Shown: positions 8,009 to 15,702 of the stretch, piece after piece | Layout: every line of letters starts with the position of its first letter | Position numbering within the stretch: position 1 is the stretch's first letter | Translations under genes and position numbers: made by a program | The notes under the pieces: model-generated | Seen by the model: only the letters and a program-made list of their open reading frames with translations | Told to the model about the DNA's origin: nothing | The model's database searches: none | Sequence record: PP146563.1 | DNA from: Klebsiella phage MY02 | Strand: one strand, 5' to 3' | Length of the DNA stretch: 24,000 bases

Positions 8009-10156
8009 ATGAAACTCGTAACTGATGACGAAATTGTAATGGGCTCCGGCGGTAAATCAACCGACTTCACGATTAAAGCCTCAGCCAAAGCGTTCCGTGT
8101 TCTGTCTTCTAACCTGTACAAAAACAAAATTCGTGCAATTGTTCGTGAACTCTCTACTAACTGTATCGATGCTCACTTCCTGAACGGTTGTACTCGTCCG
8201 TTCGAAATTAAGGTTCCTTCTCGTCTTGACCCACGATTTGTTATTCGTGACTTTGGCCCAGGTCTTGATGAAGATGGCATGATTAACCTGTACACTACTT
8301 TCTTCGAATCCACTAAGAACAACAGCAACGACTTTATCGGTGCTCTGGGTCTTGGCTCTAAATCTCCATTAAGCTATACTAACACCTTTACAGTAGTATC
8401 TAACCATGGCGGCCGCTCGCGTGGTTATACAGTAATGATGGACGGTGGGCTGCCTAAAATTCGTCCTACCTTTGATGAAGAAATGGCTGAAGGCGAAACG
8501 ACTGGTTTGGAAATCACTGTTCCGGTTAAAACAGATGATATCAGCTCATGGCAGCATGAAATCAAGTACGTTCTTCGTCCTATGGGTAAAGATTCTGTAG
8601 TTCTGAAAGGAACCCAGATGGAAGTTGATTTCTTCCCAGACCAAGATGTGCACACAACAGATCAGTACAATGGCTATGAAAATAACGGAATCTATGCAAT
8701 CTATGGTAAGATTGTATATCCCTTGAACGACGTCCCTGGTGTTAAAGATTCGTGGCTTCGTGCTCGGTATTCACGAGTGTATATTAAATTCCCTCTCGGT
8801 GAACTAGATATTACTCCGTCTCGTGAAGAGTTATCTCTTGATCCAGACACCGTGGCAAATATCCAGGCCCGTGTCTCTAAGATTAACCAAGAGTATCTTG
8901 AACGAGATATTCAAGAACTAGATGAAATCACTAACGAGCGTGAGCTGGTTCGTAAATACAACGAGTTCGGACGAGCCGAGCGTAACATCATTGCTAACTC
9001 AGGTGTTAAAACTAAGTTAGGTTCTATTGCAACTATTCTGGCCAAGTATGATGTTTCTAAGCTTCGTGATATGGCGATGAACTCTGGCGCGGTAGCATAC
9101 GACGGCGATGATGTTAAATTGTATCGTTTCAAAAACAGCTATGGCGGACGTTCTAAGATTTATGTAGATTCGATCTTAGGCGTGGACAAAAAGAAATTGA
9201 CTATTCTTATTGATGATAAGACTTCTAAGCGTGTAGCAACTATCCGGGCTCTTAAACACGCCGGTAAGATTGCACGTTATGATTTTGTTCTAGTTATCAA
9301 CCCAGAATCAGAACTGCAACAGGCCTTCCTGAAAAAAGCTATTGAATTAATGGCTGAAGATGAAGTTGTCACGTATAAAGTATCTGAATGTGAAGAACTG
9401 CGTGCTAAACTGCCTAAAGTAGAAAGCGATGAGCCCGCAGAGAAACGTCCGGCTTCACCTAATGGGGCCCGATATACGTACTCTGAGAAAAATGGTTGGG
9501 CTATTGAAAATCTCAAATTAACTTCTAGCGAACTCTCTGAACTTGAAGGTTTTGTGTTGCTTCGCAGCCGCGATGATTTCATGACTTTTCCGGCCAAATC
9601 ACCCATTAGCTGCTTTAGTGATACAGATGCTCGTATCTTGGCTCAAGAATGCGGTATCACAGAGTTCTTGGTTATGCGTCCATCAGGCTGCCGTAAAGCA
9701 TTATTTGAAAATGAAAATCTTGTTGATATGATGGCTTATATCATCGAGCGATACATTGATGCTATTGATGAGGTAGATTATGATTGCTATCTCCCAAGAA
9801 ATTTCCGTAGCAACCGTGTGATTAACCACATTATTAATAAGAAGAAACTTGGGTTCCTTCTGACTTACTTTGTAGAAGGTAATGCTAACTCCGATTCACT
9901 GAATCGTCTGGTTAATATGAACCAGCGATTGAGCAACGTTACGGTGAAAGATAATACTGATTTAGCTTTATGTAACCAGATTTATAATAAACTGGAAGAA
10001 ACATCTACGACCGCTTTCACTGTTAAAATGAAAGAGTTCAATGAAAAATACCCGGTTATTGATACCGTTCTGAACGAATGGCATCTAGAACAGGCCCAAA
10101 TTGACGATATCGTTAAAATCATGGCTGCTCTCGAAGCAGCCGAACAATCCAAATAA
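8009..10156 (+). CDS. rIIA: rIIA protector-like protein with GHKL ATPase domain
   Basis: ASAKAFRVLSSNLYKNKIRAIVRELSTNCIDAH...RFVIRDFGPGLDEDGM...GLGSKSPLSYTNTFTV; 715 aa, immediately upstream of rIIB as in T4. Confidence 0.96.
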   Translation: MKLVTDDEIVMGSGGKSTDFTIKASAKAFRVLSSNLYKNKIRAIVRELSTNCIDAHFLNGCTRPFEIKVPSRLDPRFVIRDFGPGLDEDGMINLYTTFFESTKNNSNDFIGALGLGSKSPLSYTNTFTVVSNHGGRSRGYTVMMDGGLPKIRPTFDEEMAEGETTGLEITVPVKTDDISSWQHEIKYVLRPMGKDSVVLKGTQMEVDFFPDQDVHTTDQYNGYENNGIYAIYGKIVYPLNDVPGVKDSWLRARYSRVYIKFPLGELDITPSREELSLDPDTVANIQARVSKINQEYLERDIQELDEITNERELVRKYNEFGRAERNIIANSGVKTKLGSIATILAKYDVSKLRDMAMNSGAVAYDGDDVKLYRFKNSYGGRSKIYVDSILGVDKKKLTILIDDKTSKRVATIRALKHAGKIARYDFVLVINPESELQQAFLKKAIELMAEDEVVTYKVSECEELRAKLPKVESDEPAEKRPASPNGARYTYSEKNGWAIENLKLTSSELSELEGFVLLRSRDDFMTFPAKSPISCFSDTDARILAQECGITEFLVMRPSGCRKALFENENLVDMMAYIIERYIDAIDEVDYDCYLPRNFRSNRVINHIINKKKLGFLLTYFVEGNANSDSLNRLVNMNQRLSNVTVKDNTDLALCNQIYNKLEETSTTAFTVKMKEFNEKYPVIDTVLNEWHLEQAQIDDIVKIMAALEAAEQSK
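9962..9988 (+). promoter_or_regulatory. Candidate MotA-dependent middle promoter for rIIB, inside the 3' end of rIIA
   Basis: TTAGCTTTA (one mismatch to MotA box), exactly 12 nt, perfect TATAAT (9983-9988). T4 also has rIIB middle promoters inside rIIA. Confidence 0.55.
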
Positions 10157-10168
10157 TAGAGGTGAATA

Positions 10169-11074
10169 ATGGCTGTATTATGTCTGTCCGAGAATGAAAA
10201 AGATGCAATCGTAAAAGGTTTTAACGGCGGCCTTTACAATAAAAAAGAACTGGCCGAAATTTATGGTGTTTCGACTGATACCATTCGCCGTGTCTTTAAA
10301 GAACGTACTATTTCTCCAAATGAACCAGCTAAAGTAAAAGCTCCGGCTCCTCGTGAATTCCAGTGGGCTGCTTCAAGCAAGTTCATTTCTATCACTGAAG
10401 GGCGTACCACTTATAACGCAGACCCAAGTCATCCAGGGTTTAAATCGGCCCTGATGAAACTGGCTGAAGGCAAAATTGAAGAAGCCATCGACCATATCAA
10501 CATCGAACGCGGTATTGCTAAATTTGTTAAAGGCAACGTCCGTATCGAAGATGGTGCTCTGTATTATAAGGACATTGAACTGAAATCTGGTCTGACTGAA
10601 CGTATTATTTCAGCGATGGAAAACGGTGAAGACTTCGAACGTTATCTGCCGTTCCTGGAAAACCTGATGCTGAACCCGAGCCGTAAAGCTGTTTATCGTC
10701 TGTTTGACTTCCTGAATGCAAACGACATCGAAATTACTGACGATGGTCACTTTATCGGTTGGAAGGTAGTTCGTTCTAACTACTTTGACTGTGCATCTGG
10801 TAAGTTTGATAACAGTCCTGGTAAAGAAGTTACCATGCCTCGTAACCAGGTTGATGAAGACGACGAACGCACCTGCTCTACTGGTCTGCACGTTTGCTCT
10901 AAATCTTATATCCGACACTTCGGTAGTGGTTCAGACCGTATCGTTTCGGTTAAAGTACATCCTCGTGATGTAGTAAGTATTCCTGTTGATTACAACGATG
11001 CTAAAATGCGTACCTGTGGCTATAAAGTCCTTGAAGACGTAACTGCTCGCTGGAACAACGAACTGCGTGGTTAA
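10169..11074 (+). CDS. rIIB: rIIB protector-like protein
   Basis: 301 aa directly downstream of rIIA; N-terminal helix-turn-helix-like YNKKELAEIYGVSTDTIRRV; GHFIGWKVVRSNYFDCASGKFDNSPG...CSTGLHVCSKSY region. Confidence 0.95.
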   Translation: MAVLCLSENEKDAIVKGFNGGLYNKKELAEIYGVSTDTIRRVFKERTISPNEPAKVKAPAPREFQWAASSKFISITEGRTTYNADPSHPGFKSALMKLAEGKIEEAIDHINIERGIAKFVKGNVRIEDGALYYKDIELKSGLTERIISAMENGEDFERYLPFLENLMLNPSRKAVYRLFDFLNANDIEITDDGHFIGWKVVRSNYFDCASGKFDNSPGKEVTMPRNQVDEDDERTCSTGLHVCSKSYIRHFGSGSDRIVSVKVHPRDVVSIPVDYNDAKMRTCGYKVLEDVTARWNNELRG

Positions 11075-11080
11075 TTAAAT

Positions 11081-11102
11081 GGGGACTTCGGTCCCCTTTC
11101 TT
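11081..11102 (+). terminator. UUCG-loop terminator after rIIB
   Basis: GGGGAC-TTCG-GTCCCC then TTTCTT, 6 nt after the rIIB stop. Confidence 0.65.
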
Positions 11103-11114
11103 ATAAGGTGACTT

Positions 11115-11306
11115 ATGACTGGCTTCCAATCTCGTGTTATTGATGAATTATCTGAGCTGAATCTGAAAATTAATGCTCTGACTGCATTCACCCTCGGTAG
11201 TGTATTCAAATCGCTTGATCCTGTAGACCAAAGTTTGCTTCTTAGACAGCTTGATACAATGTCTGCGTACCGACACATTCTGGAAAAACGTATTCAGAGG
11301 TTTTAA
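11115..11306 (+). CDS. Small conserved phage protein (crAss001_48-related-like pattern)
   Basis: MTGFQSRVIDELSELNLKINALTAFTLGSVFKSLDPVDQSLLLRQLDTMSAYRHILEKRIQRF; matches a recurring RV.E..EL..K...L..F......L....LL..QL..M..Y...L..RI pattern. Confidence 0.6.
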   Translation: MTGFQSRVIDELSELNLKINALTAFTLGSVFKSLDPVDQSLLLRQLDTMSAYRHILEKRIQRF

Positions 11307-11590
11307 TGATTAATCCATTCAATGCCGGCGATCGTAAAATCGCGGTCTCAAATCTTCGTGGAAATCATAAGGCAGCCACAGTCTATTGTCTGAAATTGGT
11401 CAAGCATCCAGGTGACGTTCATTACGGCTGGCTTGAATGTGATGAGGTTGTTGAAGGTGAGTTTCCTTTAGTCGGTTCTAGTACTCTAGAATTTGACGAT
11501 AGGATTTATTATGGTGAATTACACATCAGAGGTTTATATGGTATCGATGAGCTTGACTTGGAAACAACTACTGAATCTGAAGCCAGTTAA
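11306..11590 (+). CDS. Hypothetical protein
   Basis: 94-aa ORF, overlaps stop of upstream gene. Confidence 0.65.
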   Translation: MINPFNAGDRKIAVSNLRGNHKAATVYCLKLVKHPGDVHYGWLECDEVVEGEFPLVGSSTLEFDDRIYYGELHIRGLYGIDELDLETTTESEAS

Positions 11591-12140
11591 TTTAACGGTT
11601 GAAAATCTTAGTAGAGAAAACAAAATTAAGGCCTTGAAAGAATCAGAACACTCGATGTCCTTAGATAACTCTCAAGAACAACGTTCTGCTTTAAAGCGAT
11701 GTGTAATAGCAACATTAGGCGAGCAACTGATTGCTCAGTGTACTAATGGCCGAGTAATGGATACAGAGTTTAACAAAGCCAATCCATTCAGTTACTCCTT
11801 CGATGTTATCTCTGAAGAAGGCGTGCGCATCGAGGTCAAGACCCACCAGTCTGATTCTCGATGGATTTCGGTCCACACTAAAGGAAGACATCCCTACCCT
11901 TATGGGTCAGGGATTGACCTAGATGGGTTCCTGACGTATCGATTATCTGACTTAATAATCATATTAGATGTAGAAGAAGTGGGCCCGGGCGTCTACAGGT
12001 TTATCCCTCGTATGATGGGCGACCAAACTGCCTTTCTGCCTGGGTCTGGTTTAGTTCAAGAAAGCAAGTATGAAAACGGTGGTTGGTACTTACGCTCTTG
12101 CTCTGAAGAAGAATACCAGTTTAAAAGGTTTACATACTGA
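11538..12140 (+). CDS. denB: Probable endonuclease IV (DenB)-like nuclease with PD-(D/E)xK-like motif
   Basis: ATG 11538 preceded by AGAGG. SFDVISEEGVRIEVKTHQ fits D...ExK. Located between rIIB and ndd like T4 denB. Confidence 0.6.
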   Translation: MVSMSLTWKQLLNLKPVNLTVENLSRENKIKALKESEHSMSLDNSQEQRSALKRCVIATLGEQLIAQCTNGRVMDTEFNKANPFSYSFDVISEEGVRIEVKTHQSDSRWISVHTKGRHPYPYGSGIDLDGFLTYRLSDLIIILDVEEVGPGVYRFIPRMMGDQTAFLPGSGLVQESKYENGGWYLRSCSEEEYQFKRFTY

Positions 12141-12157
12141 TTAGACTGTGGTATAGT
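12129..12157 (+). promoter_or_regulatory. Near-consensus sigma70-type early promoter
   Basis: TTTACA (12129-12134), 17 nt, TATAGT (12152-12157). Imperfect repeat TGGTATAG (12149-12156) / CTACACCA (12162-12169). Confidence 0.85.
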
Positions 12158-12186
12158 ACTCCTACACCAACAATGAGGAGCACTAA

Positions 12187-12387
12187 ATGAAATCTTTAAT
12201 CCAACGTTTCGGAAAAGCAAAATACGGTTGTTCTGCTGAACGCGAATACGTTTACTATCAACTTCTTGATGTAGAAGCTCAACTCAATTCTGCAGCTGTT
12301 TCTGGAATAGCTCCGATGTGTGGAGTTGAGGCTCTGCGTGAAGTTCGCGATGGTTATCGCCACCAAATTGAGGAAATGTCCAAATGA
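12187..12387 (+). CDS. Hypothetical early protein
   Basis: 66-aa ORF after the promoter, RBS GAGGAG. Confidence 0.7.
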   Translation: MKSLIQRFGKAKYGCSAEREYVYYQLLDVEAQLNSAAVSGIAPMCGVEALREVRDGYRHQIEEMSK

Positions 12388-12623
12388 AACGTTTTGGGTT
12401 GTTTAATCTTGTAAGAAACGAGTGGCTAACTACTTGGCATACTGGAACATTTGAAGGTCAGGTAGACCAGTATCTTGACTATGACGATGACCAAGTGTTT
12501 ATGACGCGATCTGAGCACGATGCTATGCGAGCTCTTTCAGGACGTTCTGGATATCTCACTAGCCCTAAAACAAATGAAGAGATTAAACGCGGTGAAATCA
12601 TTGTGAAAGAAATTCACCTCTAA
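12384..12623 (+). CDS. Hypothetical early protein
   Basis: 79-aa ORF, ATGA overlap with upstream gene. Confidence 0.7.
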   Translation: MKRFGLFNLVRNEWLTTWHTGTFEGQVDQYLDYDDDQVFMTRSEHDAMRALSGRSGYLTSPKTNEEIKRGEIIVKEIHL

Positions 12624-12626
12624 GTG

Positions 12627-12655
12627 TTTACAACGTCTGTAGGTCATGATACTAT
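12627..12655 (+). promoter_or_regulatory. sigma70-type early promoter nested in a perfect 9-bp inverted repeat
   Basis: TTTACA (12627-12632), 17 nt, TACTAT (12650-12655). GTCTGTAGG (12635-12643) / CCTACAGAC (12659-12667). Confidence 0.88.
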
Positions 12656-12682
12656 GTTCCTACAGACAAAATGGAGGAAATC

Positions 12683-12790
12683 ATGCTTAAGAACATTTTC
12701 AACTTTATCGTTTTAGCTATCGTACTGATGATAATGCCTATTGTGTTCTTTATTGACGTGATTATCATAAATTTAAGACACTTGTTCTGA
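12683..12790 (+). CDS. Membrane microprotein (35 aa)
   Basis: MLKNIFNFIVLAIVLMIMPIVFFIDVIIINLRHLF; RBS GGAGG; directly downstream of promoter. Confidence 0.65.
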   Translation: MLKNIFNFIVLAIVLMIMPIVFFIDVIIINLRHLF

Positions 12791-12800
12791 GGAAATTATT

Positions 12801-12908
12801 ATGAACGCAGTATTAGGCTGGATTAACGCAGCGGCTTTTATTGTTGGGTGTAATGTGCCATATTGGCTCGGATGGTCTGATACTATGTTATGGTTCTTTA
12901 AGCCATAA
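12801..12908 (+). CDS. Hydrophobic microprotein (35 aa)
   Basis: MNAVLGWINAAAFIVGCNVPYWLGWSDTMLWFFKP; RBS GAGGAAATT. Confidence 0.6.
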   Translation: MNAVLGWINAAAFIVGCNVPYWLGWSDTMLWFFKP

Positions 12909-12965
12909 CATCTGGGAGCCTAGCTCCCATAGAGGATAAAACTTAAACTTATTGAGGAAATTGTT

Positions 12966-13424
12966 ATGACTATTGATACCCGCAACTACATGACCCGTGG
13001 CGATCTGACTAAAGCTGGCGCTGTAACTGTGGCCCACGTTAAAAACGGCCATACTGTCGGCTTCGTTATGCCTGAAGTTCTGGCTCAACCAGGTTTCTAC
13101 TTTATGGTTAAAGGCGCCGGTGAAAATCGTACAGTAGGAGCCCGGTTCTTTGTAGGCAATCAACGTTCTGCACAAGGTTTTAATGCAACGCTGTCACACA
13201 TTCGTCAGGGTCGTAGCCAGCTGGCCCGTACTATGGCTAGCAATAACATTGTTTATGAAGTTTTGTATCTCCCACAATCTAAAATGAAACCTCTGACCAC
13301 TGGCTTCAAGAAAGGTCAACTGGCGCTGGCATTCACTCGTCAGCACAGTTCTGAAATGCAGACTTTGTCTGAGCTGAATCGTATTCTGAATGACAACTTC
13401 AAATTCATTCTTCAGAGCTACTAA
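12966..13424 (+). CDS. ndd: Nucleoid disruption protein Ndd
   Basis: PGFYFMVKG...[36 protein letters not shown]...[24 protein letters not shown]...[11 protein letters not shown], closely matching T4 Ndd. Confidence 0.96.
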   Translation: MTIDTRNYMTRGDLTKAGAVTVAHVKNGHTVGFVMPEVLAQPGFYFMVKGAGENRTVGARFFVGNQRSAQGFNATLSHIRQGRSQLARTMASNNIVYEVLYLPQSKMKPLTTGFKKGQLALAFTRQHSSEMQTLSELNRILNDNFKFILQSY

Positions 13425-13609
13425 TGAGTAGTTTTATGAAAATGCTCTTTGCTATGGGCTACTTGTTAGTCCTAGCATTGATGATTTGCGCTGGGACCTA
13501 TGTTACCTTGGGTCTTCCCGTTACAAGCAAACTTATATCGCTGATGTTGTTCTCTGTAGGCTTTATTTGTTTCGAAAGAATTTCTAAAATGTGTGGGGTA
13601 TACAAGTGA
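13424..13609 (+). CDS. Small membrane protein (61 aa)
   Basis: Two hydrophobic stretches (LLVLALMICAGTYVTLGL; LISLMLFSVGFICF); ATG overlaps ndd stop. Confidence 0.65.
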   Translation: MSSFMKMLFAMGYLLVLALMICAGTYVTLGLPVTSKLISLMLFSVGFICFERISKMCGVYK

Positions 13610-13773
13610 ATCGGATATACGCTTTCTTCTGGATGATTATTTGTATCGTTCTGTGTACTATGTTCTTTGCTGGTGCCTGGGTTCCTACATCGGCTCAAGT
13701 TGGGTTCATGGTCTGTTGGTTTGTTTTAGCTGCGGTAATTGACTTTTTAAAGGCCTGCACAGCCAATGATTAA
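13606..13773 (+). CDS. Small membrane protein
   Basis: Probable GTG start at 13606 overlapping the TGA of the previous gene (GTGA), translating to MNRIYAFFWMIICIVLCTMFFAGAWVPTSAQVGFMVCWFVLAAVIDFLKACTAND. Confidence 0.6.
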   Translation: MNRIYAFFWMIICIVLCTMFFAGAWVPTSAQVGFMVCWFVLAAVIDFLKACTAND

Positions 13774-13906
13774 GAAAATTTTCTTAGCCATCCTTGTGAT
13801 GGCTATTCTTGCTTTAGCGATGTACTATGGTATGATATATGGAGTAGTTTATATTGTGCTTTTCATTTCTGATGTTATAGTGCATCTCGGTTCATTTATT
13901 TGGTAG
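13766..13906 (+). CDS. Membrane microprotein (46 aa), absent from ORF track
   Basis: MIKKIFLAILVMAILALAMYYGMIYGVVYIVLFISDVIVHLGSFIW; overlaps the preceding gene by 8 nt. Confidence 0.6.
   Translation: MIKKIFLAILVMAILALAMYYGMIYGVVYIVLFISDVIVHLGSFIW
13855..13881 (+). promoter_or_regulatory. Candidate MotA-dependent middle promoter for gene 52
   Basis: TGTGCTTTT (two mismatches to the MotA box outside the TGCTT core), exactly 12 nt, TATAGT (13876-13881), 30 nt upstream of the gene 52 ATG. Confidence 0.5.
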
Positions 13907-13911
13907 GTACT

Positions 13912-15276
13912 ATGTCTGATATTTTTGATATGATGACAAAACAAGCTAGTGATACTTTTAATGTTCGTAGCTTAGAAAGTATAATTAATAACGAAGCTCT
14001 TGCGTATGCCATGTATACTGTAGAGAATCGTGCAATTCCAAACATGATTGATGGCTTTAAACCAGTTCAACGTTTTGTTATTGCTCGTACTTTGATGCTT
14101 GGCAAGAGTGATAAAAATAAATTCCATAAGCTGGCCTCTATTGCAGGCGGTGTAGCTGACCTTGGATACCACCATGGTGAAGGTTCTGCACAAGAAACTG
14201 GCGCGCTGATGGCTAACGACTGGAATAACAATGTTCCGTTCTTAGATGGCCAAGGTAACTTTGGTTCTCGGTTGGTTCAAGAAGCTGGCGCATCTCGTTA
14301 TATCTTTGCACGTATTTCAGAAAATTTCTACAAACTGTACAAGGATACAGAATATGCCCCAGCCCATAAAGACGATGAGCATGTCCCGGTGGCTTATTAT
14401 CTGCCTATTATTCCTACTGTTCTTCTTAATGGTATTTCCGGTATTGCGACTGGTTATGCTACTGATATTCTGCCTCATAGCATTTCTTCTGTTAAGAAAA
14501 GTGTTATCCAAGCTCTCGAAGGTAAGAAGATTTCTGAGCCAAAGGTAAGCTTTCCACAGTTTAAAGGAAAGATAATTCCTGTTGACGGCGCATTTGAACT
14601 TCACGGAATATACGAAATGAAATCTCGTAATGTAATGTACATCTCTGAGATTCCGTATAAGTATGATCGTGCATCTTATGTTAAAATCCTCGATGCTTTA
14701 GAAGATAAAGGGTTCATTACATACGATGACGACTGCGGTAAACATGGTTTCGGATTCAAAGTTAAATTCCGTAAGGAATACAACTTAGGTGAAACCGAAG
14801 AAGAACGTCATGAAAAAATCATGAAGGACTTCAAACTAATCGAACGCCGTTCTCAGAACATCACAGTTATCAACCATGCCGGTAAGTTGAAAGAATACAA
14901 ATGCGCTGCCGATTTGATTCGTGACTTTGTAGAAGTTCGTAAGGTTTTCGTTCAGAAACGTATCGACCTTAAAATCTGCGAAACCGAAGAGGCTTTCAAG
15001 CTGGCCTTAGCTAAAGCCAAGTTCATTAAGAAGGTTATTGACGGCGATATCACTATTTCTGGCAAGACCAGAGCCAAACTGGTCGAAGAAGTTAAAGAAT
15101 TCGACGAACTAGCAGATTATGCTGAAAAACTTGTAAGCATGAACATTTATCATATTACTAGTGATGAAGCCAAGAAGCTGGCCGAAGAAGCTCGTATTAA
15201 GCGTGATGAACATGAATATTGGAAACAGACCGATGTTCAAACTGAATATCTTAAAGACCTCGAGGAAATCAAATGA
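13912..15276 (+). CDS. 52: DNA topoisomerase II medium subunit gp52
   Basis: MSDIFDMMTKQASDTFNVRS...NMIDGFKPVQRFVIARTL...DGQGNFGSRLVQEAGASRYIFARIS...PIIPTVLLNGISGIATGYATDILPH. Confidence 0.97.
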   Translation: MSDIFDMMTKQASDTFNVRSLESIINNEALAYAMYTVENRAIPNMIDGFKPVQRFVIARTLMLGKSDKNKFHKLASIAGGVADLGYHHGEGSAQETGALMANDWNNNVPFLDGQGNFGSRLVQEAGASRYIFARISENFYKLYKDTEYAPAHKDDEHVPVAYYLPIIPTVLLNGISGIATGYATDILPHSISSVKKSVIQALEGKKISEPKVSFPQFKGKIIPVDGAFELHGIYEMKSRNVMYISEIPYKYDRASYVKILDALEDKGFITYDDDCGKHGFGFKVKFRKEYNLGETEEERHEKIMKDFKLIERRSQNITVINHAGKLKEYKCAADLIRDFVEVRKVFVQKRIDLKICETEEAFKLALAKAKFIKKVIDGDITISGKTRAKLVEEVKEFDELADYAEKLVSMNIYHITSDEAKKLAEEARIKRDEHEYWKQTDVQTEYLKDLEEIK

Positions 15277-15452
15277 AATTTAGCTTAGCTTTTATTATCG
15301 GTTTAGTAGCTTTTCTAATTAACCTGTCAGGCGGCATGGTCTGGTCTACTGCTGCTTTATGGGGAATTGCCTTCTGGATCGGCAGCGCAGTTGTTATCTG
15401 GATTCTGGTTATCATTCTGGTAGCTATCGGTGCTGTTTTAGCCACCAGATGA
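15273..15452 (+). CDS. Membrane microprotein (59 aa), absent from ORF track
   Basis: MKFSLAFIIGLVAFLINLSGGMVWSTAALWGIAFWIGSAVVIWILVIILVAIGAVLATR; ATGA overlap with gene 52 stop. Confidence 0.6.
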   Translation: MKFSLAFIIGLVAFLINLSGGMVWSTAALWGIAFWIGSAVVIWILVIILVAIGAVLATR

Positions 15453-15529
15453 TTACACTACACGGGCTGTTCGTAGGAATGGTCTTTTCTTTGGTGGTAA
15501 TCACTTTGATTATCGACTATACCTTCTAA
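15449..15529 (+). CDS. Possible membrane microprotein (26 aa)
   Basis: ATGA overlap with previous stop; MITLHGLFVGMVFSLVVITLIIDYTF. Confidence 0.4.
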   Translation: MITLHGLFVGMVFSLVVITLIIDYTF

Positions 15530-15635
15530 GTGGTCGCCTGGGCGTTCTACTCAGGCACCCTTTATGTTTCATCATCCTTCCTTTAAAAGTCTCCCTAGGC
15601 AATTCCTGCCAACCTAAAAATTTTAAATCAACAAG

Positions 15636-15664
15636 TTTACTTTGCTTTCAAGATAAGTTATAGT
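15636..15664 (+). promoter_or_regulatory. Early promoter upstream of the SprT-like gene
   Basis: TTTACT (15636-15641), 17 nt, TATAGT (15659-15664). The 22 nt from the -10 (TATAGTACTCCTACACCAACAA) are identical to those at 12152-12173. Confidence 0.8.
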
Positions 15665-15702
15665 ACTCCTACACCAACAAAACGTTGAATCGGAGAAACA
15701 AA

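Noticed and set aside
14246-14604. ORFs 14246-14548 (+) and 14317-14604 (-) overlapping gene 52
   Set aside because: Out of frame with the clearly conserved gp52 coding sequence and lacking RBS or recognisable product; treated as by-chance frames.
15453-15635. Possible tRNA or stable ncRNA in the 52-SprT-like gap
   Set aside because: Hairpins are present, but no cloverleaf or T-arm pattern. Much of the region can be explained by a 26-aa coupled microORF, so I do not call an RNA gene.
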